A DNA stretch of 64,000 nucleotides from Candidatus Kaiserbacteria bacterium (lineage in GTDB: Bacteria > Patescibacteriota > Minisyncoccia > Phycocordibacterales > Phycocordibacteraceae). Shown here in pieces: positions 56,427-64,000 of the stretch (positions are counted from its first letter, which is position 1; every line of letters begins with the position of its first letter). The notes beneath the pieces were generated by a model that did not search any database, was not told the DNA's origin, and saw only the letters and a program-made list of their open reading frames with translations. The position numbers were made by a program, and so were the translations under genes. The stretch spans positions 9,289 to 73,288 of the forward strand of contig CAWEXP010000008.1 of the NCBI GenBank assembly GCA_963813065.1. The letters run 5' to 3'.

Positions 56427-56533
56427 ATACCCAAACGATAGCACGAACACGAATTGACAAGAACCCCGCACACGACCATGATGTCCGACGGGCGCCCCCT
56501 TTGAGGAGCGCGGTACAAACGAGAGAGGAACGT

Positions 56534-56716
56534 ATGGGGCTGAAACCGGAAACGTATAGGGAAAAAATTAAACGCTTGGCCGCCGAGGCAGCAGAACGCA
56601 ATAGTGAGCTGGTGCCCGATCCGGAAGGATGTGTCTTGCGTCCCCGTTCTATCACGGAGATGCAAACCGCTATCCACGAAGGAAAGATCGAGGTCAGTAT
56701 GAGCTCATCAGAATAA
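56534..56716 (+). CDS. candidate small protein (60 aa)
   Basis: GAGAGGA sits upstream of ATG 56534. A strong terminator follows. Confidence 0.35.
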   Translation: MGLKPETYREKIKRLAAEAAERNSELVPDPEGCVLRPRSITEMQTAIHEGKIEVSMSSSE

Positions 56717-56720
56717 ACAT

Positions 56721-56756
56721 GGGCGGGCGCTCTAGCGCCCGCTTTTTATATTTTTA
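56721..56756 (+). terminator. Rho-independent terminator
   Basis: gcgggcgc-tcta-gcgcccgc stem followed by TTTTTATATTTTT. Confidence 0.6.
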
Positions 56757-56833
56757 CAGAACCTGAAGACATTGACAGTTTTGTTGCATAGTGCTAGTCT
56801 ATTTTTAGGCCGCCAACCCCGCTCGACGGGCTC

Positions 56834-57855
56834 AATCCGAACACTCGAATTTCATGCGCCTCGGCGCTTTTTTCGTTTCCGTACCGCAGCTAATGCTTCC
56901 GCCGGAGTTTTGTATTGGAGGCATTTCAGTATCCTCCGGTTCAGCTTGTCCTCGAGCTTTTGTATAAATGCCTTTGAATAGCGAGAAATGTTTGCGCCTT
57001 TCGGTATGTCTTTGCGTATGACGCCGTTTGTATTCTCAACCGTTCCTTTCTCCCAGGAGTGATACGGCCGACAGAAATAGATGCGCACCCCCAGAAGAGT
57101 GGCGAGTGCCTGATGATCTCGGAACAAAATATCGTTGTCAGTGGTGATGGTGCGGAGCTCGGGGAATCTCTGTTGAATGCGGAGGAATGCCCGGTGCACG
57201 TTCGCCACTGACACATCGAGAATGCGTTCGATGAACGTGACGCGGAGCTTCCGGTCGACCACCACGAGCAGGATGCCTCTGCCAGTCTTGCCCGAGACAA
57301 TGAAGTCAGCCTCGACATCTCCGCTCCTCGAACGAGCGTTGATATGCCTGGGCCGTTTGTCGATGAAGGTTCGCTCTGAAAGAGCCGCGACTCTCGGGTG
57401 ATACTTTCTTCGTTTCTGCTTTCGCGCGTTCCGATGCGACTCAATTCTCCGGCCATACACGCTTTTGATGAATCGGTACACGCCGTCTTTCGAGATGGTC
57501 GGCAGACGCTTGGCATACTTCCGGACTCTTCCGGCGATGTTCTCGGGCGATTGGTCGTCATACAACAGCTCTTCCACGAGTGAACGCAGACCCGCATGCC
57601 CGACGATCTTCATGCCTTGATACTTCGCGTACTTTCTTCGTGCATACGCCTTGTGTGCAGCCTTCTGTACATCATACAAACCTCGCACTCGATTCCTCTT
57701 CAACTCTTCCGAGATGCTGGAAACACTGCGGCCAAGAGCTCGAGCAATCGCACGGAGCGAATACTTCTTGCGCTTCAGTATTGAAATCTCAGACCGCTCG
57801 CTCGTGCTCAGCTGCTTCCAACGTTTCTTTTTTCATGCACGCACAATACCGCGAG
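56834..57855. mobile_element. IS30-family insertion sequence (~1.02 kb)
   Basis: 14-bp terminal inverted repeats aatccgaacactcg (56834..56847) and cgagtgttcggatt (57842..57855) bracket an IS30-type transposase gene. Confidence 0.7.
56852..57826 (-). CDS. IS30-family transposase, N-terminal HTH region out of frame at an A6 tract
   Basis: DDE core with HSWEKGTVENTNGVIRKDIPKG. ATG at 57826 gives MKKETLEAAEHERAV-stop, whereas removing one A at 57818..57823 yields MKKKRWKQLSTSERSEISILKRKKYSLRAIARALGRSVSSISEELKRNRV..., a full IS30 N-terminus. Confidence 0.7.
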   Translation of the reverse strand, partial: KRWKQLSTSERSEISILKRKKYSLRAIARALGRSVSSISEELKRNRVRGLYDVQKAAHKAYARRKYAKYQGMKIVGHAGLRSLVEELLYDDQSPENIAGRVRKYAKRLPTISKDGVYRFIKSVYGRRIESHRNARKQKRRKYHPRVAALSERTFIDKRPRHINARSRSGDVEADFIVSGKTGRGILLVVVDRKLRVTFIERILDVSVANVHRAFLRIQQRFPELRTITTDNDILFRDHQALATLLGVRIYFCRPYHSWEKGTVENTNGVIRKDIPKGANISRYSKAFIQKLEDKLNRRILKCLQYKTPAEALAAVRKRKKRRGA

Positions 57856-57933
57856 TGTTCGGATTCATATGAGAATGCGCGAACCGACATCACTCCTTTG
57901 GGGTGTCGCTTGCCGGAAAAACAGGAGGTGTCT

Positions 57934-58284
57934 ATGCGTACCAATGTCGCTGTAGCCCATCGCTACAAGCTCGTTCCAACCGACCCCAATGTGACGATCC
58001 CCGCGCTTCGCAATTTGAAACCTGGCGAACGGATCGTGTATCACACCGGATGCCTCGACTCCGACCGGAGCGACCACGACGTCAACCTGGTCGCCAACAC
58101 TGCCTTCGCGCTCGCCCACAGTGGGGAAATCCACATTGTGCAGCGCCGGGTGGCTCCGCCTGATGGCGGCCGCGAAGAACGGACGTACCGACCGCGCGGC
58201 AGGGCATACGGACGGGGATTCCGCTACGCTGCCGTCACGGGCAACGGCAGCGGCTTCCAGTACATCGCTATCGGAGCAAAATAA
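57934..58284 (+). CDS. hypothetical protein (116 aa)
   Basis: AGGAGG sits 6 nt before ATG 57934. A terminator follows. Confidence 0.5.
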   Translation: MRTNVAVAHRYKLVPTDPNVTIPALRNLKPGERIVYHTGCLDSDRSDHDVNLVANTAFALAHSGEIHIVQRRVAPPDGGREERTYRPRGRAYGRGFRYAAVTGNGSGFQYIAIGAK

Positions 58285-58291
58285 CTACGTA

Positions 58292-58320
58292 CCCCGCGCT
58301 TCGGCGCGGGGATTTTTTAT
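58292..58320 (+). terminator. Rho-independent terminator
   Basis: ccccgcgc-ttcg-gcgcgggg stem followed by ATTTTTTATT. Confidence 0.6.
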
Positions 58321-58343
58321 TCATATTTGCTACACTAGCCTCC

Positions 58344-59243
58344 ATGAACAATGGCGAAAGAATAATGCGTATCGCAGAAGAGCCACTCGATCCGGTCTTG
58401 GAACGAGCACACAACAAGGCACTAGCCTTCATGCACGACAAGGCGATACCGTCGGACAAAGAAGACGCGGAGCGAGCGGAGCAGATCAAGACGCATTTTG
58501 GTGTTGAAGATAAGGGGCGACAGATGGCGCGCATCTTCGAGGCAATGGTGTGCGATTTGTCCTCGTCCTACACCCTACCGAATGACAAATATAAAATGCC
58601 GCAGCCAGGCTGGTTCGGGTATCGCGGCGTCGCCATAAAAACTTCTGATTATGATGACTTCCTCAACCACACCGACTTGGTGCTTGAGTTCGACGGTGGG
58701 GCCAAGGATCCGCGGCGCGTCCAGATTGCAGTCGATCTCACCTTTGGTGGACACGACGAAACGATACAGAAAAAATTAGCAACAACTCAAAATGAAATCA
58801 CCTCCGGCGGCGGCCGACAGTTACGCTATTTTGAATCTGAAAAGTCGGGGAAGAAACGTAATCTGCATCATTTGCCGAGCGCAGTACTGGGTATTGGATA
58901 TCCAACTATATCCGGATTGGCAAAACTGTGGGTCAGTGAGGACCCGAAGGACGAACAGAAACTCCGCACCAGTGCGGTACGCAAGATTATTGCCCAAGAG
59001 CTGCTCGAACAAGTCGGTGCTCATCGCGTGGAATTAGAGAAAGAATTGCGGGCACATCCCGAGCGATCGGCAGAACTCCACGACCTACTCGAACAATATA
59101 CGCTCGCTCACCATTTCGCTAAAGACTTTTTCAATCGTGTCGCTGATGCGAAGTATAAAGACGGGGAAGACGAGGATCCGGTATTCCGCAAGCTCATGGC
59201 CGGGAGGAAGACCGAGGCACGGGAGCTGGAGGCCGCAGAGTGA
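58344..59243 (+). CDS. hypothetical protein (299 aa)
   Basis: Long open frame. No family recognised. Confidence 0.45.
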   Translation: MNNGERIMRIAEEPLDPVLERAHNKALAFMHDKAIPSDKEDAERAEQIKTHFGVEDKGRQMARIFEAMVCDLSSSYTLPNDKYKMPQPGWFGYRGVAIKTSDYDDFLNHTDLVLEFDGGAKDPRRVQIAVDLTFGGHDETIQKKLATTQNEITSGGGRQLRYFESEKSGKKRNLHHLPSAVLGIGYPTISGLAKLWVSEDPKDEQKLRTSAVRKIIAQELLEQVGAHRVELEKELRAHPERSAELHDLLEQYTLAHHFAKDFFNRVADAKYKDGEDEDPVFRKLMAGRKTEARELEAAE

Positions 59244-59247
59244 CGCT

Positions 59248-59808
59248 GTGACCCGAACGACACTGCTCGTCTGTACCACCATCTGCATCGCGACGAATAT
59301 CGTCATCTGGCGAGACATTTTTATGCCTCACCTCGAGGTCCGCGTGCTCGGTGTGGGGAATGGTGATGCCATCTTGCTGACCACACCGAGCAGGAAAACG
59401 ATTTTGATAGATACCGGCCCCGACGCATCAATCCTGCGCGCGCTCGGCCAGGCTTTGCCGGAGTGGCAGAGGCATCTTGATGCAGTTATTTTGACGAGCT
59501 CGGTCGCAGACGCGACCGGTGGTTTACCAGAAGTAGAAAAAAAGTATACCGTCGGCGCCATATTGCAGGCGCCCCAATTGCGAGAGGGAACCCGACTCTC
59601 GCTCGGCGGAGGCATTTTCATCGAGGTGCTCTGGCCGAGCCTTGCGGCAGAAAACATGAAGCCTGCCGACAGCGCGCTCGCAGTGCGTATCAGTGGCGGC
59701 ACGAAATCGTATCTGATTGAAGAAAATCTCTCGACGCGAGTACAAAAATGGCTCGATGTCCGAGCCGATGTGACTATTTCGACTAGCACCCCCGCAGGGG
59801 AATATTAG
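59248..59808 (+). CDS. metallo-beta-lactamase-fold protein resembling the ComEC C-terminal domain, with N-terminal signal anchor
   Basis: VRVLGVGNGDAILLTTPSRKTILIDTGPD...LDAVILTSS (MBL motif region). GTG 59248 gives the hydrophobic N-terminus TTLLVCTTICIATNIVIW; the alternative ATG is 59323. Confidence 0.55.
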   Translation: MTRTTLLVCTTICIATNIVIWRDIFMPHLEVRVLGVGNGDAILLTTPSRKTILIDTGPDASILRALGQALPEWQRHLDAVILTSSVADATGGLPEVEKKYTVGAILQAPQLREGTRLSLGGGIFIEVLWPSLAAENMKPADSALAVRISGGTKSYLIEENLSTRVQKWLDVRADVTISTSTPAGEY

Positions 59809-60047
59809 ATAACGCCGGCTTTCTTGAGGGTGGCGTACGCGCCGTTCTTTTTGACGTGCTTCATGCCTTTGACCGAGAGGTCAACGATGAGCGTCTTGCC
59901 GAGCTCCGCGACATAGATGCGGCGGCGCTGGAGATTCGCCTTGCGGCGGACCTTGCCGGTCGGATTGAATTGCGTCGCGCGGGTACGATTGGAGTACCGC
60001 CCGCCTACTTGCGTGCTCTTGCCGGTGACTGCGCAGGTGCGTGCCAT
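59805..60047 (-). CDS. rpmB: 50S ribosomal protein L28
   Basis: MARTCAVTGKSTQVGGRYS...TRATQFNPTGKVRRKANLQRRRIY matches the L28 consensus (CxVTGK ... PNLQ). Confidence 0.85.
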   Translation of the reverse strand: MARTCAVTGKSTQVGGRYSNRTRATQFNPTGKVRRKANLQRRRIYVAELGKTLIVDLSVKGMKHVKKNGAYATLKKAGVI

Positions 60048-60084
60048 AGTTGCTCGATACTAGCATAGGTTCTATGCTCTGCAA

Positions 60085-60714
60085 ATGGTCCTCGCTTTAA
60101 CCGTCGTCATCCTCATCCTCTCGATTATCGCGCACGAGGTCGCGCACGGCTACGCCGCCGACGCACTTGGCGATCCCACCGCGCGGCTCGCCGGTCGCCT
60201 GACGCTCAATCCGCTCCCACACATCGACCTCGTGGGCTCTATCCTCGTCCCTGCGCTCCTCATTTTTTCGGGCTCACCCATCCTCTTCGGCTGGGCGAAA
60301 CCGGTACCCTACAATCCGTACAATCTGCGCAATCACCGTTGGGGCGAATTTGTTGTCGCCATCGCGGGCATCGCGACCAATGTTGCACTCGCACTCATCT
60401 TCGGTTTTATTGCTCGGTGGGGTGGGGGATTCGGCCTCTCCGCGGCGGCGGTCTCACTCGCGGGCACCATCGCCTTCGTGAACCTCTTCTTGGGCATGTT
60501 CAATCTCATCCCCTTCCCGCCGCTCGACGGCTTTACTGCGCTCCGCTCTGCACTGCCCTGGAATCTCGCGCGCGGCCTCAACACCTTCGAGCACCAGATT
60601 CGCTCGACCGGCCCCGTGGCGCTCCTCCTCTTCCTCCTCGTCTTCTCCTATATCCTCGCCAATCCCTTCTTCAATCTTGTTTCTTGGATTTTCAAACTTA
60701 TTGTGGGCGGGTAG
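60085..60714 (+). CDS. site-2 protease family (peptidase M50) membrane metalloprotease
   Basis: HEVAHGYAA HExxH motif within a TM helix. Polytopic membrane protein. Confidence 0.7.
   Translation: MVLALTVVILILSIIAHEVAHGYAADALGDPTARLAGRLTLNPLPHIDLVGSILVPALLIFSGSPILFGWAKPVPYNPYNLRNHRWGEFVVAIAGIATNVALALIFGFIARWGGGFGLSAAAVSLAGTIAFVNLFLGMFNLIPFPPLDGFTALRSALPWNLARGLNTFEHQIRSTGPVALLLFLLVFSYILANPFFNLVSWIFKLIVGG
60643..60714. repeat. copy A of a 72-bp direct repeat (the current 3' end of the M50 gene)
   Basis: About 85% identical to 62608..62679. Both encode FSYILANPFF(N/D)LVSWIF(K/R)LI(V/T)GG-stop. Confidence 0.65.
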
Positions 60715-62607
60715 TTCCAACAGCGACCTAAATTCTCTGGCCACCAAGAAGGTAGTATCATGCCTGCAATGCTTCTTAGTGCAAAATCTTCGTTCGGTGG
60801 ATTCTGGACGGCGACTATCTTTGTCGTTACAGACGCGTGGAAGAATAACCGTCGGCTATTTATCCTGACAACACTGGCTTCGGTGCTGGTTGCGGTACTC
60901 CCGTATGCAGTTAACGGCACCCAAGCTTTGTTGCTGAATGAACTCGCCGCTTCTGTAACGCACGGTTTTGTGCCACAGAAGATAGTGTTGCTTATCGCTG
61001 TCATCGGAGTTTTATTTCTTATGCGTGATGCGGTATCGCTTGTGTATGCGTATCTCGATCGAATTCTCTACCATCGAGGAGCAAAACTTCGTCAGATGGA
61101 GTTTTCTGCGAAAATGCTCGAGCTCGACCAGGCGACTCATGAAGATCCAAAGTTTCAGGACGAGCTGCAAGTCTTAAACGAGCATAGCTCGACCTATGTA
61201 ATACCGAACTTCCTGGACTCGCTTACCAGTAATGCGCAGAACGTTTTTGGTTTCGCAACCGCCGCCTTAATTGTCCTTGCGATTGACTGGAGACTCTTTT
61301 TCCTCATCGTCATATTCAGCATTCCCCGCTTATACGTGGAACTGAAGTACGGGCGGCAGTTGTGGGGATTCTTCCACTCGCAGTCAGAAGACCGACGCCG
61401 TTTCAGAGAATTCAGTCGGCAAATTGATTCAGAGAGCATCGCCGAGCTTCAAACGTTCCAGTCCGAGCCCTTCTTTCTTGGCCGGATGGACTCGATGCTT
61501 GAACGATGGTTTAACGGCCAGATTGCCGAGGATCGAAAGAAGTTCTGGCTTTCATCGCTCGCACAGATTTTTGCTACTACTGCAATCGTTGTTGCTTTGG
61601 CCCTCCTGGTCTACCAGAGCCTCAACGGCAGGATGCACGTGGGAACACTGGTGTTCGCTATTTCCTCGATAGTCGGACTCCAGGGTTCGGTTTCAGGATT
61701 TTTCTTAGGTCTCGGCAGTATTTCGCGTTTTGCGCGACCCACGAATGCCTACCAAGCAATTATGAAGCGAACACGCTTGGTGCAGCTTCCGGTTCATGGT
61801 GTGCGGCGAACGTTCATCAAAGCGCCGCGCATCGAGTTTCGGAATGTTACGTTTGCGTATCCGAGTAGGCCTGACCGCCCCATCTTAAAAAACTTCAATT
61901 TAACCATCGAACCTGGTGAACGTCTCGCGATTATCGGTATCAACGGCGCGGGCAAATCCACACTCATAAAACTTCTATGCCGGTTCTATGATCCGACAGA
62001 AGGGCAGGTGCTGATAGATGGTATTGACCTTCGAGAGATGGATCTTGCCGATTGGTATCGCATCCTGTCGTTGCTTTCGCAGGACTTCAATAGGTACCGA
62101 TTTCGGGTTGATGAGAACATCGGTCTTGGTCGCAGTGACTCGTCTCCAGATCGAGCGCGAGTGGAGGACTCCTCTATACGCGCGGAAGCGGATGAATTTA
62201 TATCGAAATGGGAAGGTTCCTACGAACAGCAGATTGGCACACAGTTCGGTGGGGTAGACCCCTCAGGAGGTCAGTGGCAAAAGCTGGCGCTTGCCCGAAC
62301 GCTCTATCGAGGTGCGCTGGTGACCATACTTGATGAACCAACGGCACACGTGGATGCTTCTGCCGAGCAACACATATTCGAGCGATTGTATGGGCAAGTG
62401 AGCCGTGACCAGACGCTCATCATCATTTCGCACCGTTTCTCGACGATACGTAATGCGGATCGGGTCTGTGTTATCGAAGATGGTCACGAAGTTGAGGTCG
62501 GCTCCCATGACGAGCTCATGAAGCTCGACGGAACCTACGCCCGTCTCTTCACGACTCAAGCAGAACAGTACCAATAGGCACTTTGAGGCAACAACTTGCT
62601 CATCATG
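60715..62607. mobile_element. single-gene cassette (ABC exporter) inserted at the 3' end of the M50 protease gene; no integrase inside
   Basis: Flanked by the duplicated gene terminus. A 24-codon orphan mini-ORF (62605..62679) reproduces the M50 C-terminus. Confidence 0.45.
60760..62577 (+). CDS. ABC transporter, fused permease/ATP-binding protein (exporter type)
   Basis: Six-TM N-terminal domain. Walker A GINGAGKST, signature PSGGQWQKLALART, Walker B ILDEPTAHVD. Confidence 0.9.
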   Translation: MPAMLLSAKSSFGGFWTATIFVVTDAWKNNRRLFILTTLASVLVAVLPYAVNGTQALLLNELAASVTHGFVPQKIVLLIAVIGVLFLMRDAVSLVYAYLDRILYHRGAKLRQMEFSAKMLELDQATHEDPKFQDELQVLNEHSSTYVIPNFLDSLTSNAQNVFGFATAALIVLAIDWRLFFLIVIFSIPRLYVELKYGRQLWGFFHSQSEDRRRFREFSRQIDSESIAELQTFQSEPFFLGRMDSMLERWFNGQIAEDRKKFWLSSLAQIFATTAIVVALALLVYQSLNGRMHVGTLVFAISSIVGLQGSVSGFFLGLGSISRFARPTNAYQAIMKRTRLVQLPVHGVRRTFIKAPRIEFRNVTFAYPSRPDRPILKNFNLTIEPGERLAIIGINGAGKSTLIKLLCRFYDPTEGQVLIDGIDLREMDLADWYRILSLLSQDFNRYRFRVDENIGLGRSDSSPDRARVEDSSIRAEADEFISKWEGSYEQQIGTQFGGVDPSGGQWQKLALARTLYRGALVTILDEPTAHVDASAEQHIFERLYGQVSRDQTLIIISHRFSTIRNADRVCVIEDGHEVEVGSHDELMKLDGTYARLFTTQAEQYQ

Positions 62608-62679
62608 TTCTCCTACATCCTCGCCAACCCCTTCTTCGACCTCGTGTCTTGGATTTTCCGGCTCATAACGGGAGGGTAG
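62608..62679. repeat. copy B of the 72-bp direct repeat (displaced duplicate of the M50 3' end)
   Basis: See 60643..60714. Preceded by ATG 62605, in frame. Confidence 0.65.
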
Positions 62680-62687
62680 GAGGGTAC

Positions 62688-62715
62688 TTGACACAAGTCG
62701 AGTTTCGTGTATACT
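62688..62715 (+). promoter_or_regulatory. sigma70 consensus promoter TTGACA-16 nt-TATACT
   Basis: Hexamers at 62688..62693 and 62710..62715, upstream of 62773..63267. Confidence 0.55.
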
Positions 62716-62772
62716 GTGCGCAGGCCCTAACGCGTTCGCGTTGTGGGCACCACCCATTCGGAGGAGTTCTTC

Positions 62773-63267
62773 ATGCTCTCAATATCCAAGTTCGCGATTC
62801 TCGCGTCCGTCCTGTTCGCGCTCTCGGGCTCTGCCCAGGCGGGGAATTGGTTCCAACAAATGTCGACGCCACCAGCGTCGGAGTGGATCACCCGCGGCGA
62901 CATGGACATGGCCATGTTCGTCTTTAAGGGCCACTTGACCCCGTCCACGCCGTGGCACACGGACTTCATCCAGGGCCCGACGTTCTCGAACAAATACAGC
63001 GACGTCGCCCGGTTCTCAGTGAGCGGCGCCTCGGCAACGGTTCGCGTGCAATTCGAACGCGAGGAGCATGGCGATCGCTGGGTCAAGATCCAAGTGCTCC
63101 ACACCAGCCCCCACATGGTGAGTGGCCACGCCTACTACATCAAGAATGGCGCCTGCGATCACACCGTTGGAATGTTCGCAGACTGCGACGCCATGGAAGC
63201 GCGGGACTGGAAGGAAGTCTTCGACGCTGGCGCCGACTTCGCCAAAAAGCACGGGGCCACCTTCTAA
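62773..63267 (+). CDS. secreted hypothetical protein with signal peptide (164 aa)
   Basis: GGAGG sits before ATG 62773. Signal peptide MLSISKFAILASVLFALSGSAQA. A terminator follows. Confidence 0.55.
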   Translation: MLSISKFAILASVLFALSGSAQAGNWFQQMSTPPASEWITRGDMDMAMFVFKGHLTPSTPWHTDFIQGPTFSNKYSDVARFSVSGASATVRVQFEREEHGDRWVKIQVLHTSPHMVSGHAYYIKNGACDHTVGMFADCDAMEARDWKEVFDAGADFAKKHGATF

Positions 63268-63301
63268 CGAAGGCCACGAACAACGCAAATAGTTAATACC
63301 T

Positions 63302-63333
63302 GGCGCGGGACCCCTCCCGCGCCATTTTTATTT
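63302..63333 (+). terminator. Rho-independent terminator
   Basis: ggcgcggga-cccc-tcccgcgcc stem followed by ATTTTTATTT. Confidence 0.6.
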
Positions 63334-63789
63334 GGTGTGAGATGCGAAACGCCGCTGTTTTAGTTCTTGCCAGACGATAACGGCGAGGCTGAAAATGAAG
63401 AACAGTTTTCCGACAAACTGGGCGATATCGTCAGGACTGAAGGTGAACATGTCGAAATATGACCCAGGACTACCGCCAATCGGTAATTGGGTCAGGGCGA
63501 GGGAGATTAACAAAGCCCATAGGGAAAATTTGAGCCAAGTACGGAATACATTTCGACTGACAAAAATGGCGGCGAAAGCGGGAATAAGTGCAAATGATGC
63601 GAGTAAATAAATCGGGTCCAGAATATTGAACGTTATATTCCAAATTGGAGTGCGCAACACGCAGGCGGTAGCATCGGCACATCTATAGAGAAGCTCGACG
63701 ACAATCATGACGCCGAGAAGCGTGGCAAACGGCCAGACTTGTTTCATTTTATTTGAACGGGGCGTTGTTTCTAAATTTAGGGATTTCAT
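63328..63789 (-). CDS. hypothetical polytopic membrane protein
   Basis: Low-GC frame with 4 predicted TM helices. Start is probably MKQVWPF. Confidence 0.4.
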   Translation of the reverse strand: MKSLNLETTPRSNKMKQVWPFATLLGVMIVVELLYRCADATACVLRTPIWNITFNILDPIYLLASFALIPAFAAIFVSRNVFRTWLKFSLWALLISLALTQLPIGGSPGSYFDMFTFSPDDIAQFVGKLFFIFSLAVIVWQELKQRRFASHTK

Positions 63790-64000
63790 AGAAATTGGTG
63801 GATTGCTTTAAACAAAGTTCGAGTAAAGCTCTTGAACATACTATACACGGATTGGGCCGGCTGAACTGCGCCATAAACTGCCGCCGTTTGCGAGAAATCA
63901 GGAACGGTCACGGATGGCGTGATGAGCGGCTTTTTCTTTTTCACAAGAGCAATCTTCGCCGCGACGCGCACACGAGCTACAGAAAGTGTGGTCGTGGCGG

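Overview
This is a high-GC (roughly 58-60% by eye), gene-dense bacterial chromosomal segment. Antisense ORFs are abundant in the track, which is typical of high-GC DNA, so I list only ORFs with recognisable motifs, a ribosome-binding site or promoter/terminator context, or a paralog relationship. Content: housekeeping genes (rsmA, uvrD/pcrA-like helicase, comM, rpsO, xerC/D-type recombinase, xthA, cca, yraN, aroK, rarA, hup, rny, clpP, ppa, nusA, tpiA, pgk, recJ, rnhA, comEC, sodA, rpmB), a type IV pilus operon (pilB, pilC and three prepilin-like genes), four tRNAs (Arg-TCG, Gly-GCC, Pro-TGG, Gly-TCC), many short membrane proteins, and Rho-independent terminators throughout. The small-genome features (fragmented ComEC, paralogous winged-HTH regulators, many tiny membrane proteins, pili, leaderless promoters) are reminiscent of Candidate Phyla Radiation / Patescibacteria-like organisms. 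I cannot confirm that without searches. Accessory and mobile content: (i) a ~5.8 kb island at the 3' end of tRNA-Arg, bounded by a ~45 nt imperfect direct repeat, carrying a large serine recombinase, hicAB, a Cys-rich secreted protein, a lipoprotein, a winged-HTH paralog and a second tRNA. (ii) Two integrase-less single-gene cassettes inserted exactly at the 3' ends of host genes, each flanked by a duplicate of the host gene's terminal codons: a low-GC NYN-nuclease cassette after comM, and an ABC-exporter cassette after a site-2 (M50) protease gene. (iii) An IS30-family element with 14-bp terminal inverted repeats and a frameshifted transposase. (iv) relBE/dinJ-yafQ-like and hicAB toxin-antitoxin pairs. 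(v) A low-GC GHKL-ATPase + STAS-like (DUF4325-like) two-gene module. (vi) Three NYN-domain paralogs within 7 kb. (vii) Two 3-member paralog families of winged-HTH/TrmB-like regulators. Several promoters put a TATAAT-like -10 box 6 nt upstream of the ATG, implying leaderless mRNAs. recJ and the IS30 transposase both carry frameshifts at homopolymer tracts.
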